DNA of 64,000 nt from Sandaracinaceae bacterium (lineage in GTDB: Bacteria > Myxococcota_A > Polyangia > Polyangiales > Sandaracinaceae), in the NCBI GenBank assembly GCA_044220955.1, contig JBGAQA010000008.1, forward strand, positions 1-64,000, written 5' to 3'. The notes beneath the pieces are model-generated. The model worked only from the letters and a program-made list of their open reading frames with translations. It was not told where the DNA came from and did not search any database. Positions 58,488 through 64,000 of this stretch are shown piece after piece. Position 1 is the stretch's first letter. Each line of letters opens with the position of its first letter. The translations under genes and the position numbers were made by a program.

Positions 58488-59915
58488 ATGACGTCGCGCG
58501 CCGATGCCGATGACGCGAAGCTCGCGGGGGAGGGCGCCGTGCGCCGGGCCGGGTCACCGCTGCGTCCGACTCCGCTGATCCGCGGCTCGCTGGGCCTCTT
58601 GCGGGCGCATCCGGTCGTCTCGCTCTCGATCGGGGCCGCCGTCGTGCTCACGCTCCTGGCCGTCCCCACCGGGCTCGGGGCGCTCCTGGCGCCGTGGTTC
58701 GTGTGCGAGCTCTTCGCCGTGCAGCTCGCGATGCGCGGCGAGACGCCCCAGGCGCGCGGGCGCGGGTGGGCCTCGGCCGCGCTCGTCGTGTTCTTCACCG
58801 TGGTCGTCATCGCCATCGCGGGCTGGATCGCGGCCCTCGGCTTCGGGCCCGACTTCACCACCGCCGATCGCTCGCTCGCGCCCCTGCCATGGCCCGAGGC
58901 GCTCCGCCGCGGTCTGCTCGTCGCGGGGACGCTCGCGCTCGCGGTCGCGGCGGGCACGCCCTTCGTCTACGCGCCGCTCGTGCTCCTCGATCGTGGCGGG
59001 CGTCTCGGTGGCGCCTGCCTCGAGAGCGCCGCGCTCGTGCGACGAGGAGGCGCCCTTCGCCACTACGCGCTCGCGTTCTTCGCGTACCTGCTCTCGCTCT
59101 CGCCGGCTCTGGTGAGCATGATCCTCGTCGCGCGGACCGTGGAGCGGGCGGCGACTCCGCTCGGCGCGCTCGTCGCGCTGCCCCTCTTGCCGGCGAGCAT
59201 CCCGCTCGGGCTCGGGCTCGTCACGGTCGCCTACCTCGCCCAGCGCGACGCGCTTCCGGAGGCGCACGTCGTCCGCGCAGGTGGGGCCCTGCCGCGCCCG
59301 CTCGTCGCGTTCCTCTCCGCCGTCTCGCTCGCCCCCCTCGTCGGGCTGCTGCTCATGGCGATCGCCGGCGTCGTGCCCTCGCGGCCTGCGCGTGGAACGC
59401 TGGCCGACGACGCCCAGCTCATCGTCGACGTCCCGGCGCGCGCGCACATCGACGTCCCTCGGACGACCCTCGAGATCGACATCGACGGCGCCCGAGCGGC
59501 CGTGTTCGCCGGCGACCACGACGGCGTCGGGCGGCTCCCGCCGGTGTTCGCCGCTCCCATCGCGCACGTGCGTGTCAGCCGCCACGGCGACGACTTCGCG
59601 ATCGAGCTCACGCCCGAGCGCGGAGCCGCGCACGTCGTTCGCGTGGACCGCGCGGGTCTGCGCGTGGACGACTCGGTCGAGGCGCGCCTGCGCTCGCGCT
59701 CGCCGGACGGCGTGCTCATCGGCTTCATCGTCTCGTTCGCGATCTGCGCGTTCGGCTCCCTCACCTATCTCGGTCCGCTCGGCGAGGCGCGAGCCCGTCA
59801 GCGAGCGCGCACGGTCGCGAGCCGGCGAGCGTTCCTCGCGGCGCTCGCGGTGCTCCCGTTCTCGTGCATGGCGTTCGCGGCGGGCGCGATCGCGCTCTTC
59901 GGTCTGCCGCGCTGA
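58488..59915 (+). CDS. Hypothetical multi-pass membrane protein
   Basis: Many hydrophobic segments with a beta-rich extramembrane domain near the C-terminus. Confidence 0.72.
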   Translation: MTSRADADDAKLAGEGAVRRAGSPLRPTPLIRGSLGLLRAHPVVSLSIGAAVVLTLLAVPTGLGALLAPWFVCELFAVQLAMRGETPQARGRGWASAALVVFFTVVVIAIAGWIAALGFGPDFTTADRSLAPLPWPEALRRGLLVAGTLALAVAAGTPFVYAPLVLLDRGGRLGGACLESAALVRRGGALRHYALAFFAYLLSLSPALVSMILVARTVERAATPLGALVALPLLPASIPLGLGLVTVAYLAQRDALPEAHVVRAGGALPRPLVAFLSAVSLAPLVGLLLMAIAGVVPSRPARGTLADDAQLIVDVPARAHIDVPRTTLEIDIDGARAAVFAGDHDGVGRLPPVFAAPIAHVRVSRHGDDFAIELTPERGAAHVVRVDRAGLRVDDSVEARLRSRSPDGVLIGFIVSFAICAFGSLTYLGPLGEARARQRARTVASRRAFLAALAVLPFSCMAFAAGAIALFGLPR

Positions 59916-59929
59916 AGCGGTAGCGCGCG

Positions 59930-60856
59930 TCAGGGACAGCCGGCCGGGCGCCAGGTCAGATCCACCGGACCGTACGTCTCCGCGTAGACCTGGGCGCCCG
60001 TCTCGGAGGCGCGCGGCAGGCATGCTGGCCCGTACGTGATGTACGTGCAGAGCGGGTTCGACGCGTGCACGCAGTCGTAGTCGTGATCGATCTCGAGCGC
60101 GTAGGGATCGACCAGGGTCGCGAGATCCATCCGGCCGAGCGCCGAGGTCGCGGCCGCGGACGCGGGGTCACGGAAGAACTGCACCTGGCCGCGCGGCGCC
60201 GCCGAGGCGGTCTCGTCGCTGAGATCGAAGGGCGTGTGCGGTCCCGCGAGGTCGTGCGAGTCCCGCCAGCCGCTCTCGGCCGGGATGTCGGCGAGATCGT
60301 GAGGTGCCGCGCCGCCCCGGTCGTTCGCGGCCACCAGGGCGTCGTGCAGCGCCGCGTCGATCGACACGATCATGCGGTTGTACTCGCCGCCGCCGCAGCT
60401 CCCGGGGTCCGTCGCCGTCGCATCCTGCCCGCCCGTCACTCGGTACAGGCGCACGACGTGGTCGAGCGCTGCGGTGCCGTCGCTCCCGAGGTGGCTGCCC
60501 GCGAGCCGCGCCGTGAGCGTCAGGTAGGTCGCCCGCGACGAGGGGTCGAGCGCGGCCCAGAGATCGCAGACGCTGGCGAGCGCATCGCCCCGCAGGCCGT
60601 TCGACTGCGCGACCGTCGGCGTCTCTTCGAGGAACGCGAGGTAGGTCGCGAGCAGGCGGTCGCGCGGGTCCGCCGGCGCGAACGCGTCCGCGCCCGTGAA
60701 CGCATCGATCCCCGCGAACGCGTCGATGCCCTCTCCGGCGTCGGCCTCCGGGCGTGCGTCCTGCGGCACCCGGGCGGCGTCGGTGCTCGAGGCAGGCGAC
60801 GAGCAGCCGCTCCCGAGCAGGGCCGAGACCAGCGCGATGACACCCGCCCGCCGCAC
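59930..60856 (-). CDS. Hypothetical lipoprotein
   Basis: Lipobox LGSGC, IDAF repeats, globular domain GSCGGGEYNRM...WRDSHDLAGPHTPF...HASNPLC. Confidence 0.75.
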   Translation of the reverse strand: MRRAGVIALVSALLGSGCSSPASSTDAARVPQDARPEADAGEGIDAFAGIDAFTGADAFAPADPRDRLLATYLAFLEETPTVAQSNGLRGDALASVCDLWAALDPSSRATYLTLTARLAGSHLGSDGTAALDHVVRLYRVTGGQDATATDPGSCGGGEYNRMIVSIDAALHDALVAANDRGGAAPHDLADIPAESGWRDSHDLAGPHTPFDLSDETASAAPRGQVQFFRDPASAAATSALGRMDLATLVDPYALEIDHDYDCVHASNPLCTYITYGPACLPRASETGAQVYAETYGPVDLTWRPAGCP

Positions 60857-60905
60857 ACCGGTAACATACCATCCACGCGCGCCGCCCGCGGTACGATGGC
60901 CCGTC

Positions 60906-62372
60906 ATGGCCGAGGTCCGCTTCCTCCTGAACGGTGCGCCGCACGTCGCGAAGGACGTCGACCCCAACGAGACACTGCTCGAGCACCTGCGCGTCGCGGG
61001 GCTCACCGGTACCAAGGAGGGCTGCGCCGAGGGCGAGTGCGGCGCCTGCGCGGTGGCGCTCGTGGCCCGCGCCCCGGACGGGACCACCCGCTACGAGGCG
61101 GTGAACGCGTGCCTGCTCCTGCTCGCGACGCTCGACGGGCGCGAGGTCGTCAGCGTCGAGGGGATCGCGCGCGGCGGCGAGCTGCACCCCTGCCAGGCCG
61201 AGATGGCGCGGGCGGGCGGCTCGCAGTGCGGCTACTGCACGCCGGGCTTCGTCGTCTCGCTCTTCGCCGAGTACTACCGGGGCCGCGATGGCGCGCTCGA
61301 CCCGGAGTCCATCGCGGGCAACCTGTGCCGCTGCACCGGTTACCGGCCGATCCGCGAGGCGGCCGAGCGGCTCGCGACGGTCCGCACCAAGGAGCGGGCC
61401 GAGGCAGCGCCCGATCCACACCGAGCTCGCCTCGCCTCGCCCGCGGTGCCGCTCGGAGGCGTGAGGCTCGTGTCGGCCGACGCGAGCGGGGCCTCGCGTC
61501 GCTTCGTCCGACCGACGAGCCTCTCGGAGGCGTGCGCCCTGCGCGCTGCCGATCCGACGCTCGTCCCCGTCTCCGGCGGGACCGACCTCGTGGTGGAGAT
61601 CAACCAGCGGCACCGTCGCTTCGAGGGGCTGCTCTCGCTCGAGGCGATCCCCGAGCTCCGGGTCTGGGAGGAGACGGACGCTCACCTCGCGATCGGCGCG
61701 GGCGTGCCGCTCGCAGAGGTCGAGGAGCGCGTCCACGGGCGCGGGGAGCTCCGGATGCTGACGGAGCTCCTGCCGCTCTTCTCGTCGCGCCTCATCCGCA
61801 CGCGCGCGACCTTCGGTGGCAACCTCGGCACAGCCTCGCCGATCGGCGACGGCCCCCCGGCGCTGCTCGGCCTCGGGGCGGAGCTCGTCCTCGTGTCCGC
61901 GCGCGGCCAGCGCTCCGTCTCGCTCGACGCATTCTTCCTGGACTACCGGAAGACCGCGCTCGCGCCGGACGAGCTGATCGCCGAGGTGCGCATCCCGAAG
62001 CCATTCGCGCGGACCCAGCGCTTCTACAAGGTCAGCAAGCGACGCATGGACGACATCTCCACGGTCGCCGCCGGATTCGCCTTGGATCGCGGCGAGGGCG
62101 GAGACGTGACGAGCTTGCGGCTCGCGTTCGGCGGCGTCGCCGCGACACCGAAGCGCGCCCGAGCGGCGGAGAGCGTGCTGCTCGGCAGGACGATCACGTC
62201 GGACGGCGTCGGGCGCGCGCGCGCCGAGGCGCTGCACGAGCTCTCACCGATCGACGACCACCGCGGCAGCGCGCGCTATCGCCGGGCGATGATCGATCGC
62301 TTGATCCAGCGATTCTTCGACGAGGTGTCGGCCTCGGACGCGGCCGCGGCGCTGCCGGCGAGGCAGGCATGA
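60906..62372 (+). CDS. xdhA: Xanthine dehydrogenase small subunit (2Fe-2S + FAD)
   Basis: GTKEGCAEGECGAC, QCGYCTPGF, GNLCRCTGY, GGTDL, ASPIGD, YKVSKRRMDDIS. Confidence 0.95.
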   Translation: MAEVRFLLNGAPHVAKDVDPNETLLEHLRVAGLTGTKEGCAEGECGACAVALVARAPDGTTRYEAVNACLLLLATLDGREVVSVEGIARGGELHPCQAEMARAGGSQCGYCTPGFVVSLFAEYYRGRDGALDPESIAGNLCRCTGYRPIREAAERLATVRTKERAEAAPDPHRARLASPAVPLGGVRLVSADASGASRRFVRPTSLSEACALRAADPTLVPVSGGTDLVVEINQRHRRFEGLLSLEAIPELRVWEETDAHLAIGAGVPLAEVEERVHGRGELRMLTELLPLFSSRLIRTRATFGGNLGTASPIGDGPPALLGLGAELVLVSARGQRSVSLDAFFLDYRKTALAPDELIAEVRIPKPFARTQRFYKVSKRRMDDISTVAAGFALDRGEGGDVTSLRLAFGGVAATPKRARAAESVLLGRTITSDGVGRARAEALHELSPIDDHRGSARYRRAMIDRLIQRFFDEVSASDAAAALPARQA

Positions 62373-64000
62373 GCGCGCGTCGCGCGGTCGGGCAGCCGAT
62401 CCCCCACGAGAGCGCGGTCGGCCACGTCTCGGGCGCGGCGCTCTACACCGACGATCTGGTGACGCGCTACCCCGGCACGCTGCACGCATGGCCCGTGCAA
62501 GCGCCCCACGCGCGCGCATCGCTCGCGCACCTCGACGTCGCGCCCGCGCGTGCCGTGCACGGAGTCGTGCACGCCATGACCGCGGCCGACGTGATCGGCG
62601 AGAACGACACCGGGCCCTCGCGGCGCGACGAGCCCCTGTTTCCCCGCCCGCCGGCCGCCGGGGAGCACCCGGAGATCCTGTTCCACGCGATGCCCGTCGC
62701 GTGGGTGCTCGCCGAGACGGTCGAGGCCGCGAAGCTCGGGGCGAGCAGGGTGGTCACGAGATACGAGCCGCTCCCGGCGATCCTCACGATCGACGACGCG
62801 ATCCGCGCCGGCTCGTTCCACACGAACGAGGAGAAGATCCGCCGTGGCGAGCCCGAGCGAGCGCTCGCGTCCGCGCCGCATCGTCTCTCCGGGACGTTCG
62901 ACGTCGGCGGGCAGGAGCACTTCTACCTGGAGACGCAGGCCTCGCTCGCGCTCGTGGACGAGGCCGGCTCGGTCTTCGTGCACGCCTCCACGCAGCACCC
63001 GACCGAGACGCAGGAGATCGTCGCGCGTGTGTGCGGTGTTCCGAAGTCGCAGGTGGTGGTGCAGCAGCTCCGGATGGGTGGCGGCTTCGGCGGCAAGGAG
63101 ACGCAGGCCAACCCGTACGCGTCGGTCGCGGCGCTCGGCGCGCTGATCACGAAGAGGCCGGTGCGGGTGCGGCTCGATCGCCTCCGCGACTTCCAGCTCA
63201 CCGGCAAGCGGCATCCTTTTCACGCGCGCTTCGAGTGCGGCTTCGACACCAGCGGCAAGATCCTCGCGCTCTCGGTCGACCTCTTCTCCGACGGCGGTTT
63301 CTCGCTCGACCTCTCGTTCCCCGTGCTCGGGCGCGCGATGTTCCACGTCGACAACGCGTACTTCTTGCCCGACGTCGAGGTGCGCGGCCGAGCGTGCAAG
63401 ACGCACAAGTGCTCGAACACGGCGTTCCGCGGCTTCGGCGGGCCGCAGGGCATGATCGTGATCGAGGAGATCGTCGATCGCGTCGCGCGCACGCTGGGTC
63501 TCTCGCCCGACGTCGTGCGGGAGCGGAACTTCTACGCGGAGGCCGGCACCGACACGACGCACTACGAGCAGACGGTCGACGACCCGCGCATCCACCGCAT
63601 CTGGCGCGAGCTGAAGGCGGAGTCCGACTACGACGCGCGCGCGGCCGCGATCACGGTGCACAACGCGCGCTCGCCGATGCTCAAGCGCGGGATCGCCATC
63701 ACACCCGTGAAGTTCGGCATCTCGTTCACCGCCAAGTACTACAACCAGGCCGGCGCGCTGGTGCTCGTCTACAAGGACGGGTCGATCCAGGTCAGCCACG
63801 GCGGCACCGAGATGGGGCAGGGCCTCTACACCAAGACCTCGCAGATCGCGGCCGACGCGCTCGGCGTCCCGCTCGCGAGCGTGCGCGCGATGCCGACGCG
63901 CACGGACAAGGTCCCGAACACCAGCGCGACCGCGGCCTCGGCGGGGGCAGACCTCAACGGCGCCGCGGTGAAGAACGCCTGCGAGACCATCCGGGCGCGC
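62369..64000 (+). CDS. xdhB: Xanthine dehydrogenase molybdopterin subunit, 3'-partial
   Basis: Hand translation from ATG 62369: PHESAVGHVSGAALYTDD, GGQEHFYLET, RMGGGFGGKETQ, AFRGFGGPQG, KFGISF, GGTEMGQGL, VPNTSATAAS; runs off the window. Confidence 0.95.
   Translation, partial: MSARRAVGQPIPHESAVGHVSGAALYTDDLVTRYPGTLHAWPVQAPHARASLAHLDVAPARAVHGVVHAMTAADVIGENDTGPSRRDEPLFPRPPAAGEHPEILFHAMPVAWVLAETVEAAKLGASRVVTRYEPLPAILTIDDAIRAGSFHTNEEKIRRGEPERALASAPHRLSGTFDVGGQEHFYLETQASLALVDEAGSVFVHASTQHPTETQEIVARVCGVPKSQVVVQQLRMGGGFGGKETQANPYASVAALGALITKRPVRVRLDRLRDFQLTGKRHPFHARFECGFDTSGKILALSVDLFSDGGFSLDLSFPVLGRAMFHVDNAYFLPDVEVRGRACKTHKCSNTAFRGFGGPQGMIVIEEIVDRVARTLGLSPDVVRERNFYAEAGTDTTHYEQTVDDPRIHRIWRELKAESDYDARAAAITVHNARSPMLKRGIAITPVKFGISFTAKYYNQAGALVLVYKDGSIQVSHGGTEMGQGLYTKTSQIAADALGVPLASVRAMPTRTDKVPNTSATAASAGADLNGAAVKNACETIRAR

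Overview
Very GC-rich bacterial DNA with myxobacterial hallmarks: a MYXO-CTERM-type tail, Cys-rich lipoproteins, a TraB-like OmpA protein and Ser/Thr kinase and phosphatase genes. The taxon is inferred, probably Polyangia/Sandaracinus-like. About 55 real genes are present; most long ORFs in the supplied track are antisense or off-frame shadows. Left to right: (1) nested IS debris at the left edge truncating a Cys-motif gene behind a SNF2-SWIM operon; (2) an orphan divergent groEL back-to-back with hsp20; (3) a fluoride riboswitch controlling a CLC-F antiporter; (4) a CopA-type ATPase and two GT-C membrane glycosyltransferases; (5) a candidate trans-envelope signalling module, in which a Cys-rich lipoprotein, a beta-barrel/TSP3/OmpA protein and a LysM-FecR-beta-barrel protein face an adenylate cyclase and a Ser/Thr kinase, separated by a 145-bp palindromic element; (6) a decayed island at tRNA-Phe with an integrase remnant and an AbiE type IV TA locus whose toxin appears to carry two mutually compensating frameshifts; (7) secreted metalloprotease and esterase genes, PP2C-yacG, a split ACAD10/11-like pair, a three-subunit flavin amine dehydrogenase, an orphan E2 acyltransferase and xdhAB. 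No CRISPR array or rRNA was seen. All calls come from motif recognition by eye; no searches were run.
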